Positions 1-9,300 of a stretch of DNA of 64,000 nt are shown here, piece by piece. The stretch's first letter is position 1, and every line of letters begins with the position of its first letter. A program made the translations under genes and the position numbers. The notes under the pieces are model-generated. The model made no database searches and was not told the DNA's origin. It worked only from the letters and a program-made list of their open reading frames with translations. The DNA is from Verrucomicrobiales bacterium. Lineage in GTDB: Bacteria > Verrucomicrobiota > Verrucomicrobiia > Limisphaerales > UBA1100. Location: positions 8,449 to 72,448 of the forward strand of contig JAYQQG010000002.1 in the NCBI GenBank assembly GCA_038145765.1, in the 5' to 3' direction.

Positions 1-1450
1 AGGCGGCGAGTTCCTCGGGTTTCTTGGCGTTGAGGGCAAACAGGCCCAGCTTGCCGGTTTCGCCGAGTACGATCAATTTGCCGTCGGCCTGAATGAACGA
101 ACCGCGGCCGTACTTGTTGGAGGGTGGCCCGTATTTTTGCCAGGCCTCATCCTGACTCCAGAGCAATTTGCCGGTGGCAAATTGCACACAGCGGAAACTG
201 GCATCGGGCTCGTCGCGTCCGCTAAAGGCATACAGGCTGCCCTCATGCACGATGGGGGTCATCCAGTGCAGGCCGAGTACTTCTTCCAAGCGGGGGTTGT
301 CGGCCTTGAGTTTTCTCTGGTGATCGCTCCAGACTTCGGTGAAACCGCTGAGGTCTTTCTTGATCTTGAGCAAGAAAGAGCCGTTCCCGTAATAGGCGGT
401 GGAGCAAAACACCTGATCACCGATGACCACGGGATTGGAGGCGTTTACCGATTCATTGACGCGCGCCCGGAACCAGCGCTTGAAATACTCCTTGCCGGTT
501 TTGGGATCGAGGACCACGAGGCCTTGGCGCATCAGGCAAAAGGCCACCCGTTTACCGTGGACGGTGGCAACGACAGGCGAGGCGTAGCTGGCCATCTTTT
601 CTTGGCCGCGCCAAATCATGGGCGGTTCGCCGGGCCAGCCGATTTTGGTCACGCCATTCCAGGTTTTCTTGCCCGTGGCGGTCCAAATGGTTTTGCCGGT
701 TTTGGCGTCAAACGCCACCATGCCGCTGTCGGGCTGACCGCCAACCATCGTGAGTAATAGATTGTCCTCCAGCACGGGAGTGCTGCCTACGCCAAAGAAG
801 TTGGGAATGACGGTGAAATCTTTGTGGGTGTCGCGTCGCCAAATTGGTTTGCCGGTGGCGAAATCCAGACAAAGCAGCACGCCTTCCGCGCCATAAGTGT
901 AAACGCGGTCTTTGGTGAGGATGGGGGCGCAACGGGGTCCGTTGTTGTAGCCGTAGGGATCCTCATAACCGGTGGGATAGGCGTGACGCCAAATGAGTTT
1001 GCCGGTCTTCGCATCGAGACAATCGATGACCTCCACATCCAAATGTTTGGCCACGGCTTCGGGGAGAGGGATGTAGCCGCGCGGCACGCGGCGTGTGGTG
1101 TTCTTCAGGGATTCCTGCAGACCGGCGACCGTGAGGCGATCCTTGGCCTTGAGCGCCGCCAACTCGTCGTTCACGTATGCGACTACCTTTTCAAAATTAT
1201 CGCCTTCCTCAACCTTGAACAATTTGCTGGCACGATGAAACACCACCACCTTGCCATCGCGAATCGAGGGCGCGGCGTAGCCGGTGCCGATCCGCTTGGA
1301 AAATACCGGCTGCGGGCCGGTTTTGGGAAATCGGTCGATCAGGCCGGTTTCGGTGGAGACATTGTCGCCGGTGGGTCCGAGAAATTTGGGCCAGTCGGCG
1401 GCCACAGCCGTACAGGTCGTGGCAAGGAGGATCAGGTAAATCTTTTTCAT
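1..1450 (-). CDS. PQQ-like beta-propeller repeat protein (BamB-like fold), secreted. Its 3' end runs off the window.
   Basis: It is absent from the ORF track because no stop lies inside the window. My reverse-complement reading from the ATG (complement of 1448-1450) gives MKKIYLILLATTCTAVAADWPKFLGPTGDNVS...GTGYAAPSIRDGKVVVFHR, and the frame is still open where I re-translated it at base 2 (...GKLGLFALNAKKPEELAA). The middle of the gene I did not translate by hand. The N-terminus is a clear paralog of the 2585..3796 protein. The plus-strand ORFs 137..757 and 824..1456 are its shadows. Confidence 0.8.
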   Translation of the reverse strand, partial: MKKIYLILLATTCTAVAADWPKFLGPTGDNVSTETGLIDRFPKTGPQPVFSKRIGTGYAAPSIRDGKVVVFHRASKLFKVEEGDNFEKVVAYVNDELAALKAKDRLTVAGLQESLKNTTRRVPRGYIPLPEAVAKHLDVEVIDCLDAKTGKLIWRHAYPTGYEDPYGYNNGPRCAPILTKDRVYTYGAEGVLLCLDFATGKPIWRRDTHKDFTVIPNFFGVGSTPVLEDNLLLTMVGGQPDSGMVAFDAKTGKTIWTATGKKTWNGVTKIGWPGEPPMIWRGQEKMASYASPVVATVHGKRVAFCLMRQGLVVLDPKTGKEYFKRWFRARVNESVNASNPVVIGDQVFCSTAYYGNGSFLLKIKKDLSGFTEVWSDHQRKLKADNPRLEEVLGLHWMTPIVHEGSLYAFSGRDEPDASFRCVQFATGKLLWSQDEAWQKYGPPSNKYGRGSFIQADGKLIVLGETGKLGLFALNAKKPEELAA

Positions 1451-1452
1451 GG

Positions 1453-2538
1453 CTAAAATCCCGCGCCCTTGGTGAGTGTGCGGATACGGCAGAGAAACAT
1501 GTCGGCCGTCAGATACAACGTGCGTCCATCATCGCCCCAGCCGACATTGGCAATGCGCGTGCCGGTGGAAAGGGTGCCGAGATGTTCACCTTTGGGCGAA
1601 AGTACCAAAACGCCGCCGGGGCCCGTGGCAAACAGGTTGCCTTGGATGTCCACCTTGAGCCCATCGCAACCGCCCTTTTTGCCGGCGGCCTTGAGCGGGG
1701 TGGGATCAAAAAAGATGCGGCCTTCATCCACGGTGCCGTCGTCTTTCACGTTGAAGGCATAAATCTTGGTGTTGGGTCCGCTTTCAGCGACGTACAGGGT
1801 TTTTTCGTCCGGCGAGAGTGCGATGCCATTGGGAAAGGCTATCTTGTTCGTGAGCAGCTTGAGTTCGCCGCCTTGAGTGTAGAGGTAGACGCCCTGAAAG
1901 CTCAGCTCCTTTTTGGGATCCTGCATCCGTTTCTCGAGACCATACGGCGGGTCAGTGAAATACAGATCTCCGTTGCGAGCGAAACAGGCGTCGTTGGGAC
2001 TGTTGAATTTCTTGCCCTGATAGTTGTCGACGATGGTCTGATACCGGGGTTGAGCGGCCGAGAGCGGTGTGGTCAGCCGGGCAATACGGCGGTCTCCATG
2101 CTGGCATAATAAAAGTCGGCCTTGGGCGTCAAGCAATAACCCGTTGGAGCCGGGCTCGCCGGTGCGGGGGATATCGCCGGTATAACCACTGGGTTGCAGG
2201 TAATTCTCCAGCCCGGTCGTTTCGCTCCATTTATAAATTTTGTTGGGCGGGATATCAGAAAACAGGACAAACCCTTCACCTTGTGCCGGTTGCACCCATA
2301 CCGGGCCTTCGGCCCAGTCAAACCCATCGGCGAGTTGCTCAATGATGGCGTCGGGAGCGATGAGTGAATTAAGGGCCGGATTCAGCCGTTCGATTTCGCC
2401 CAGTGCCGGATGATCCGCCGGGGTAAAGTTTCCGGTGGGCAGAGTGGGCATGGGCGGCCCGGTTGGCGCCGGTGTTTCGCAGCCGAGGAACAGCGCTAAT
2501 GCCGGTGCGAATAAAAATGCAGTGGTTCGATGAATCAT
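1453..2538 (-). CDS. SMP-30/gluconolactonase/LRE family protein, probable lipoprotein
   Basis: The 374-aa ORF is trimmed to the internal Met at 2538, which gives MIHRTTAFLFAPALALFLGC (a lipobox-like LGC). The body shows SMP-30/gluconolactonase-type strings: FDWAEGPVWV, FSDIPPNKIYKW, SNGLLLDAQGRLLLCQHGDRR, FNSPNDACFARNGDLYFTDPPYG, PNGIALSPDEKTLYV. Confidence 0.85.
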   Translation of the reverse strand: MIHRTTAFLFAPALALFLGCETPAPTGPPMPTLPTGNFTPADHPALGEIERLNPALNSLIAPDAIIEQLADGFDWAEGPVWVQPAQGEGFVLFSDIPPNKIYKWSETTGLENYLQPSGYTGDIPRTGEPGSNGLLLDAQGRLLLCQHGDRRIARLTTPLSAAQPRYQTIVDNYQGKKFNSPNDACFARNGDLYFTDPPYGLEKRMQDPKKELSFQGVYLYTQGGELKLLTNKIAFPNGIALSPDEKTLYVAESGPNTKIYAFNVKDDGTVDEGRIFFDPTPLKAAGKKGGCDGLKVDIQGNLFATGPGGVLVLSPKGEHLGTLSTGTRIANVGWGDDGRTLYLTADMFLCRIRTLTKGAGF

Positions 2539-2584
2539 GTGCAAGGCGCACGATACTGTGCGTGTACCACTGCGCAAGCCAAAC

Positions 2585-3796
2585 TCACGGCAGGTTCAAC
2601 TGCACGCACCGAAGGGTATCGCCGTCTCGAAAATAGAATCGGCCGTGGGCCAATGCCGGATAGGCGCGGACTTCGCCGCGGGTAACCCGGGCACGTTGGT
2701 TGACCTGAAAGGCATTGGGCTTGGCTGCAGCTCGAATGAGTTCGCCGCGCTCAGTAAGTACAAGGAGTTCCTCGCCGGCGAGGGTGACTGTTCCGGAACG
2801 GAGCCCCGGTTGACTCCAGCGCACTCGGCCGGTTTTGAAATCCACACAGCGCAAATCGGCCCCGGCCTCTTGACGGCCATGAAATCCGAACAGGAATCCA
2901 TTGTTGATCACGCAACTGGCGTAATGGCTGCTGAGCGACGTGTCATTGGCCCAAACGGTTTCCAGATCGTTTTCCTGAACCGCAAGGACGGTGGCTCCTT
3001 TGCCATAGCTGGTGGAGGCAAACACCAAATTGCCGAGGACTACAGGGGTGCAGGCGTTGACGCTAGCGTTCATAGCCGGGCGCCAGAGATGTCGGAAGTG
3101 AACCTTGCCGGTGGCGGGATGAACCGAAACCAATCCTTCCCGCGTAAAAAATACAGCGTGCGCTTGGTTGTTGATGAGGCTCAATACGGGTGAGGCGTAG
3201 CTGGCTGCTTCCTGGGTGGCGCGCCAGCGCAGTTTGCCACTGGCGGTGTCCAGCCCGATGATGCCGGCTTGTGGACCGCCGATGTTTAACAAAACCGTAT
3301 TGCCGCTGACCAATGGTGAACAGGCAAACCCAAAGAAGCCTTTGGGCGCCTTGAATTGTATGCGGGCATCCAGCTTCCAAAGAGCTTTGCCGGTGTTCAA
3401 ATCCCACGCATGCACAACGCCGTGGGCGCCATGAGTGTAAACGCGCCCGTCGACAATGGCGGGCACCGCGCGCGGCCCGTTATCGAAACGAAAATCATCG
3501 ACGTAATCCGCAGCGTAACGCGCGCGCCAAATCGGTTGGCCGGTGGTGGCGTTGAGGCAGTCGACGATTTCTTCCTGGTCGATCCGATGAAAGAGGATCA
3601 ATTTGCCGCCGGCAATGGCCGGGCCGGCGTAACCGGAGCCGATGTTTTTTTTCCAAAGTTGCTTCGGGCCATCCGCCGGCCAATCAGGAAGGGGCTTGCC
3701 CTGATAAGAGCCATCCCGGCGTGGCCCAAGGAATTGCGGCCAGTCTTCGGCTGAGAGGAAACATCCCCCGATCAACAGCGTTAGCAATATTCGCAT
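2585..3796 (-). CDS. PQQ-like beta-propeller repeat protein, secreted
   Basis: The ORF 2585..3892 is trimmed to the Met at 3796 (MRILLTLLIGGCFLSAEDWPQFLGP, a signal peptide). It shows repeated propeller-blade patterns (GGKLILFHR, DGRVYTHGAHGVVHAWD, GNTVLLNIGG, GKLRWR). It is a paralog of the gene at 1..1450. Confidence 0.8.
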   Translation of the reverse strand: MRILLTLLIGGCFLSAEDWPQFLGPRRDGSYQGKPLPDWPADGPKQLWKKNIGSGYAGPAIAGGKLILFHRIDQEEIVDCLNATTGQPIWRARYAADYVDDFRFDNGPRAVPAIVDGRVYTHGAHGVVHAWDLNTGKALWKLDARIQFKAPKGFFGFACSPLVSGNTVLLNIGGPQAGIIGLDTASGKLRWRATQEAASYASPVLSLINNQAHAVFFTREGLVSVHPATGKVHFRHLWRPAMNASVNACTPVVLGNLVFASTSYGKGATVLAVQENDLETVWANDTSLSSHYASCVINNGFLFGFHGRQEAGADLRCVDFKTGRVRWSQPGLRSGTVTLAGEELLVLTERGELIRAAAKPNAFQVNQRARVTRGEVRAYPALAHGRFYFRDGDTLRCVQLNLP

Positions 3797-3837
3797 GCCG
3801 CAGGTTAACGGGCGGGAGTGAAATTTGAAATGGGGAA

Positions 3838-4116
3838 TTAAAGCCACATGAACAGCAGCGCGGCAATCAACCCTAGTCCAATCAGCCACCAAAACCAGTG
3901 CAAGCCGTGAGGGACTACTTTTTTTTCGGGGCCTTCACCAAACTCGCGTTCCACGAATTCGTCGTAATCGAATTCATCGTCATCGAGTCCTAAATCGGGG
4001 GTGTAATCGTCCTCCCAACCGGTGGTTTCGTCCGCGCCACATTCGGGGCAGGCATGGGCGTTGGGGGAGATGTCGGCACCGCAGAGGGCGCAGGTGTCGG
4101 GCGGTTCAGCCGGCAT
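3838..4116 (-). CDS. Small zinc-ribbon protein with an acidic linker and a C-terminal transmembrane helix
   Basis: An internal Met of ORF 3838..4413 gives a 92-aa product, MPAEPPDTCALCGADISPNAHACPECGADETTGW...HGLHWFWWLIGLGLIAALLFMWL. It carries a CxxC(x10)CxxC zinc-ribbon pattern, a DDDEFDYDEF acidic tract and a terminal hydrophobic helix. Its ATG (4114-4116) overlaps the TGA of the upstream GNAT gene as ATGA. Confidence 0.6.
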   Translation of the reverse strand: MPAEPPDTCALCGADISPNAHACPECGADETTGWEDDYTPDLGLDDDEFDYDEFVEREFGEGPEKKVVPHGLHWFWWLIGLGLIAALLFMWL

Positions 4117-4697
4117 CAGCCCATGCCAGCGTATTCCTCGTCGGTCTTCAGGTCCATACCCATGAGCACGTAGTCGTGGTGGATGGCCTGCATATCCTGC
4201 ACGTAATCCTCCAATCGCATGATGTGGGTGAAGCCGAGCAGGGCGAAGAGTTTCTGGCCGCCTTCCTGTTTGTCGATGAATTCGGCCTCCACCTTTTGCA
4301 GGCCGGCCATGCGGGCGACATCGACGAGTTCCTGGACCAGTTTGCCGGCGATCCCTTTCTGACGGTACTTGGGCAGGATGCTCTGGCTGATGCGGCCGAT
4401 GTGGCGTTTCCATCCGCCATTGTTTTGCAGCAGGGACGCCACGGCGATCACCTTGCCCTCGTGCAGCGCGAGGAGCGGCAGGCGGGCGTAGAGATCAATA
4501 TTCTCACACCATTGCTTAATCACCTCGGGGTCGCGTACGCGGCGTTTGAAAAACATGACCTCCGGCTCGGGTAAATTTTTGAAGAAGCCCAGCAGCGCTT
4601 TTTCGTCAGTGGATTCCAAGGGCCGAATTTGAATTTCCACACCGTCGTCTGCGGTGAAGGAGGTGTCGATATCTTTAAGAGCCAATTCGAATGACAT
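4116..4697 (-). CDS. GNAT family N-acetyltransferase
   Basis: 193 aa. The acetyl-CoA binding motif reads RQKGIAGKLVQELVDVARMAGLQKVEAEF (a Q/RxxGxG/A type). The strand/helix pattern is GNAT-like. Confidence 0.8.
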   Translation of the reverse strand: MSFELALKDIDTSFTADDGVEIQIRPLESTDEKALLGFFKNLPEPEVMFFKRRVRDPEVIKQWCENIDLYARLPLLALHEGKVIAVASLLQNNGGWKRHIGRISQSILPKYRQKGIAGKLVQELVDVARMAGLQKVEAEFIDKQEGGQKLFALLGFTHIMRLEDYVQDMQAIHHDYVLMGMDLKTDEEYAGMG

Positions 4698-4728
4698 ATC
4701 TCAATTCAGGTTGGGCGTCAGACGCCGG

Positions 4729-5559
4729 TTAATCGGTTTCGGAGGCAGCCGGGAATAATTCACCCGTGATGCCGGCACTCTTGGCAAACACCTCCGGTTT
4801 GAGTGCGGCCGGGTTCAGGCTCCAGCGCGCGGCCAAGTGGGAGAGGTTCGCTGTGTTTCGGTTCAGTTGACTGACTTGTTGGAAATCCAATTCCTCCACG
4901 GTTACTCCGTAGTCGTGGCAGTCCATGCCCAACACGGATTCTTCCGGTGTGGCTTTGCCTTGATTCCAAAGTGTTTCGCCACACCACGCGTAGGCCCGCT
5001 CGATGCGGCCGGTATGCGCGCGCACCCAGCAATGATGGCTGAGGGCGCTGTTGAGGCTGAAGAATTGCACGTGGCCGAGCCGTTTGCTGATGTGGCTGAG
5101 GAAATGGAAACAGAAATCCACATCCTCCTCGGGGGCGGGCAGGGCGGGGCCGACCACAAAGATCCAGCCGTTCACCGGAGGGGAAATGAACAGACGCTCC
5201 ACGCCGGAGATGGCGAAACCATCTTTCCAAGTGCAACGCCGCGGGTTGGAGAGGCCCAATGTCTCCTGCACGGCAGCCACATTGCCGCTCCGGATGGCCA
5301 GCCATTGCTCGGGCAGGTCCAGGCTGTTGGGAATTAAATCCTCAAGGGGCGGCCGGCTTAGGGCCTTCTCCCTTTTTAGGGCGAGGATATGTTTGCGGGT
5401 CATCAGATAAAACCCGCCGGACACCAACAGGATGCCCAGAAACAATCCGAGCATCAAAACGGCCACCCAATCAACTGTGCTTTGGCTGGGGTCCGGCGAC
5501 AATGCACCTAGGACGCCCAGTGGGGCGTGGGGGAAAAAGGTCACGCGTGGAGAATACAA
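4729..5559 (-). CDS. Hypothetical protein with an N-terminal membrane anchor; no family recognised
   Basis: 276-aa ORF. It has one hydrophobic helix (VDWVAVLMLGLFLGILLVSGGFYLM) followed by a roughly 200-aa soluble domain. The start codon is uncertain: the ORF opens at TTG 5559, and a GTG lies a few codons downstream. It is 31 nt upstream of the GNAT gene on the same strand. Confidence 0.5.
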   Translation of the reverse strand: MYSPRVTFFPHAPLGVLGALSPDPSQSTVDWVAVLMLGLFLGILLVSGGFYLMTRKHILALKREKALSRPPLEDLIPNSLDLPEQWLAIRSGNVAAVQETLGLSNPRRCTWKDGFAISGVERLFISPPVNGWIFVVGPALPAPEEDVDFCFHFLSHISKRLGHVQFFSLNSALSHHCWVRAHTGRIERAYAWCGETLWNQGKATPEESVLGMDCHDYGVTVEELDFQQVSQLNRNTANLSHLAARWSLNPAALKPEVFAKSAGITGELFPAASETD

Positions 5560-5667
5560 AAAACACCGGATTGTTCAATCTTAAACGCCATGAGAATGCT
5601 TCATGAGGTCGCCAAACAGCTTGCATGCTCGGGCCAATCGGGTTTTGATCTCCGCACGATTTTTGCC

Positions 5668-6315
5668 ATGAAACATGCCATTTTTTGCATTTTCCTCGTG
5701 GCCGGCACCTTATCCAGCCGGGCGGATTCGGTGACTCGAATTGCCTGTGTGGGCGATAGCATTACCTATGGGGCCGCGATTCGGGACCGGGCCAACCACT
5801 GTTATCCCAAGGTACTGGCCGATCTGTTGGGCAAAGGGTATACGGTCCGCAATTATGGGGTGAACGGCGCCACGATGCTGAAAAACGGTGACCGGCCCTA
5901 CTGGAAATTGGGTGCCTTCAAACAAGCGACTGAATTCGGCCCCAACGTGGTGATCATCAAGCTGGGCACCAATGACACCAAGCCGCAAAACTGGGGCAAG
6001 GTGGGGGCCGAGTATGAGGCTGACCTGCGCGCTATGGTGGCCCATTTCAAAAAACTCCCGAGCAAGCCCACCCTCTATCTTTGCTTGCCCGTGCCGGTTT
6101 ACCAGACACGTTGGGGCATCAATGAAAAGACCGTGAAGGACGGCGTCATTCCCGTGATCCGCAAGGTGGCCAAGGATGAAGGGCTCACGGTGATCGATCT
6201 TCATTCAGCGTTGTCCGGCAAACCGGCCTTGTTTCCGGACAAGATTCATCCCAATGCCGATGGCGCCAAATTGATGGCGCAAACCATTCACACGATCCTC
6301 AAGAAAAAGCACTAA
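5668..6315 (+). CDS. SGNH/GDSL family hydrolase (esterase/lipase-like), secreted
   Basis: ORF 5527..6315 is trimmed to MKHAIFCIFLVAGTLSSRADS (a signal peptide). Block I is canonical (IACVGDSITYG), as are block III (GTND) and block V (DKIHPNADG). Confidence 0.85.
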   Translation: MKHAIFCIFLVAGTLSSRADSVTRIACVGDSITYGAAIRDRANHCYPKVLADLLGKGYTVRNYGVNGATMLKNGDRPYWKLGAFKQATEFGPNVVIIKLGTNDTKPQNWGKVGAEYEADLRAMVAHFKKLPSKPTLYLCLPVPVYQTRWGINEKTVKDGVIPVIRKVAKDEGLTVIDLHSALSGKPALFPDKIHPNADGAKLMAQTIHTILKKKH

Positions 6316-6318
6316 CCC

Positions 6319-9300
6319 ATGCGTACTCTATACAGTCTCCTCATCGTTCTCACGGCCCTTACCAGTATGGCCCGTGAGCAGGCCTTTGAACTCAAGGACG
6401 GCGACCGGGTGGCATTCCTGGGCGATACTTTCATCGAACGCATGCAGGTGCATAACTATCTGGAATTGCGCCTTACCACCGCGTGGCCGAACCGCAATAT
6501 CACTTTCCGCAACCTGGGCTGGAGCGGGGATACCCCGCGGGGTGTGTCACGGGCCGGCCTCAGCCTGCAACAGGCGGGTCGCGAGCCCGCCGATGAGGGC
6601 TGGAAGCAGTTACAGAAACAAATTGAGCTGGTGAAACCCACTGTGGTTTTTCTCGGTTACGGCATGGCTAGTTCATTTGAGAATCAGCCTGAGCAATTCG
6701 GCAAAGACATGCGCGTGCTCAAGGAGGCCGTCCTCAAGGCCGCCGGAGGAGCCGTGCGATTTGTGGTGCTGTCACCCCTGCGTCATGAACATTTGGGGGG
6801 CGGTTTGCCGGATCCTGCCGCGCACAACCGGCAACTGGCTGCTTATACCAAGGAACTTCAGAGGATGGCTGCAGCCGATGGAGATGTGTTTGTTTCGCTT
6901 TTCAACGCGGCCTCGCTGCAGAACGGCAACGCGTCAGTCACGGAAAACGGTATTCATCCGGTTGCCCGCGGATATGACCGCGTGGCCCGGGAAATTTGCG
7001 GCCAACTGGGCGTGCCGACTCATCCCCGGTTGAACACACTGGCGGCCACGACGTTGCGCACGGTGATGGCCCGCAAGAATCAACTCTTCTTCGATCGCTC
7101 CCGCCCGCAAAACATGGCTTACATTTTCGGTTTTCGAAAACACGAGCAGGGCAACAACGCCGTGGAAATTCCGGCTTTCGATCCATTGGTGACTGAACAG
7201 GAGAAACTCATTGCCGCCCGGCGTGATCTGAAGCCGTTGCCACCCGTGCCGCCTGCGAAGCCTGAAGCCCCGATTCGTAACCCGCAACCCATGCCGAAGT
7301 TTGACACCGCTGAAGGGGTGGAGATTTCCCTGTTTGCCGAGAACCCCTCGCTCGCCAAGCCGATCCAGATGAACTTCGATCCACAGGGTCGCTTATGGGT
7401 CGCCACGTCCGAGGTCTATCCTCAGGTGAAACCCGGTCAGGTGGCCAATGATAAGATTGTGGTGTTGCAGGATACAACGGGTGATGGGCGCGCGGACAAA
7501 ACGGAAGTGTTCGCCGAGGGGCTGTTCATTCCCACGGCCGTAGAGCCCGGGGATGGCGGATGTTATGTCGGGCAAAGCACCGAGCTGCTGCATTTCAAGG
7601 ACACCAATGGCGACGGCAAGGCGGATGAAAAACGCATCGTGCTGTCCGGCTTTGGTACCGAGGATACGCATCACACGCTGCACACGCTGCGCTGGGGGCA
7701 CGATGGTCGATTGTATTTCAACCAATCCATTTACATCCGCAGCCATCTCGAGACACCCCATGGCGTCGTGCGCCTGAAGAGTGGCGGCATCATGTGGTTG
7801 CGTCCGGATACGCAGGAGGCCGGTGTCCAGTATCGTGGATGGTGCAACCCGTGGGGACACCACTTTAACCGGCACGGACAATCGTTTGTCACCGATGGCG
7901 CGGGTTTTCAGGGCATCAGTTACGCCATACCGGGTGCGATGTATTTCACCTATGCCGGAGGCCGCCGCATTATGGAAAGCGTGAGTCCGGGGAATTTTCC
8001 AAAATTTGCAGGATTGGAAATCGTCAGTGGCCCGCAGCTCCCCAAGGATTACCAGGGCCAGGCCATCACCTGTGATTTTCGGGCGCATCGCATTGTACGG
8101 TTTAATCTCACTGAGAACGGGGCCGGGTACGCAGCGGAACATTTGGGCGATTTCATTCGCAGCAGCAGCGCCAGCTTCCGGCCCATCGATGTGAAACAGG
8201 GGCCGGACGGCGCGCTCTACATTGCTGATTGGGCAAACCCGATCATTCAGCACGGCGAGGTGGATTTTCGGGATCCGCGGCGCGACAAGGTTCACGGCCG
8301 CATCTGGCGCGTTACCTTCAAAGGGCAGCCGGCGAAAAAGCCGCGTGATTTTACCAAGGATAATAACGCCGCCTTGCTGGACACATTGCTGACCGAGAAC
8401 GCCTACGATCAGGCCAAAGCCCGGCGCGTGCTCCACGAACGCGGCAAGGGTATCCTGCCTGACCTCAAGCAATGGCTCTCGCGCCATGGCGAAAATGAAA
8501 CCGCGCAGATGGAAGCCCTGTGGCTGCACGAAGCCGTGGATGTCGTCAACGCGTCCCTGCTGATGCTCACGCTTGAAGCCAACGACGCCCGCGTCCGGGC
8601 GGCGGCCATGCGCGTGTTAGCCCACTGGCATGATCGGTTGACCACGACCCAGCTCCACGCCGCGGCCGGCATCCGCGATAAGCATCCGCGCGTGCGTCTC
8701 GAAGCCATGCGTGTCTATGCCGAAATGAAGGATTCCACCACTGCCCATCAATATGCCCAGTTTGCACTGCAGGCATTGGATCAGCCGATGGATAAGTTCC
8801 TTGATTACGGTCTGTGGTTGACGATGAATGAACTTGCCGAACCGTTTGTCCGCGGTATGCAAAACGGCGCGCTCAATTTCAAAGGCAAGACGCATCATGC
8901 GGAGTTTGCCTTGAGCGCGCTGCAACCCGGACAATCCGGTGCCTTGATCAGTCAACTGGTGCGTCAACGTCCGTTATCCGCCGATGGTGCCGGGCCGATG
9001 ATTGAATTGGTGGGCGCGGCCGGTGGTCCCGGTGAATTGGCGATCCTTTACAAACAATTGCGCGAAGGCGGCTTCGAATCCGCCACCCAACCGCGCGTAT
9101 TGGCGGCCTTGGCTCGGGCGGCTTCCTTCCGCAATGTCCGGCCCAACGGCGATCTGAGCGGCGTGGAGAAATTTCTCAACACCGAGGACGACGCCACACG
9201 CAATTTTGCCGTGCAACTGGCCGGAGCCTGGAAACGGGCCGAACTGGTGAAACCGTTGTTGGTGATGGCCGCCGAAGGCAGTGGGGTGGCGTTCGACAGC

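Noticed and set aside
137-1456. Plus-strand ORFs 137..757 and 824..1456 listed in the track
   Set aside because: They are shadows of the edge-truncated minus-strand propeller gene, which I translated myself. That reading gives a signal peptide and a paralog match to 2585..3796.
4117-4413. The long form (191 aa) of ORF 3838..4413
   Set aside because: Its N-terminal 99 residues are Arg/Pro/Gly-rich and lie entirely inside the GNAT gene in another frame. The internal Met at 4116 gives a compact zinc-ribbon protein with an ATGA junction.
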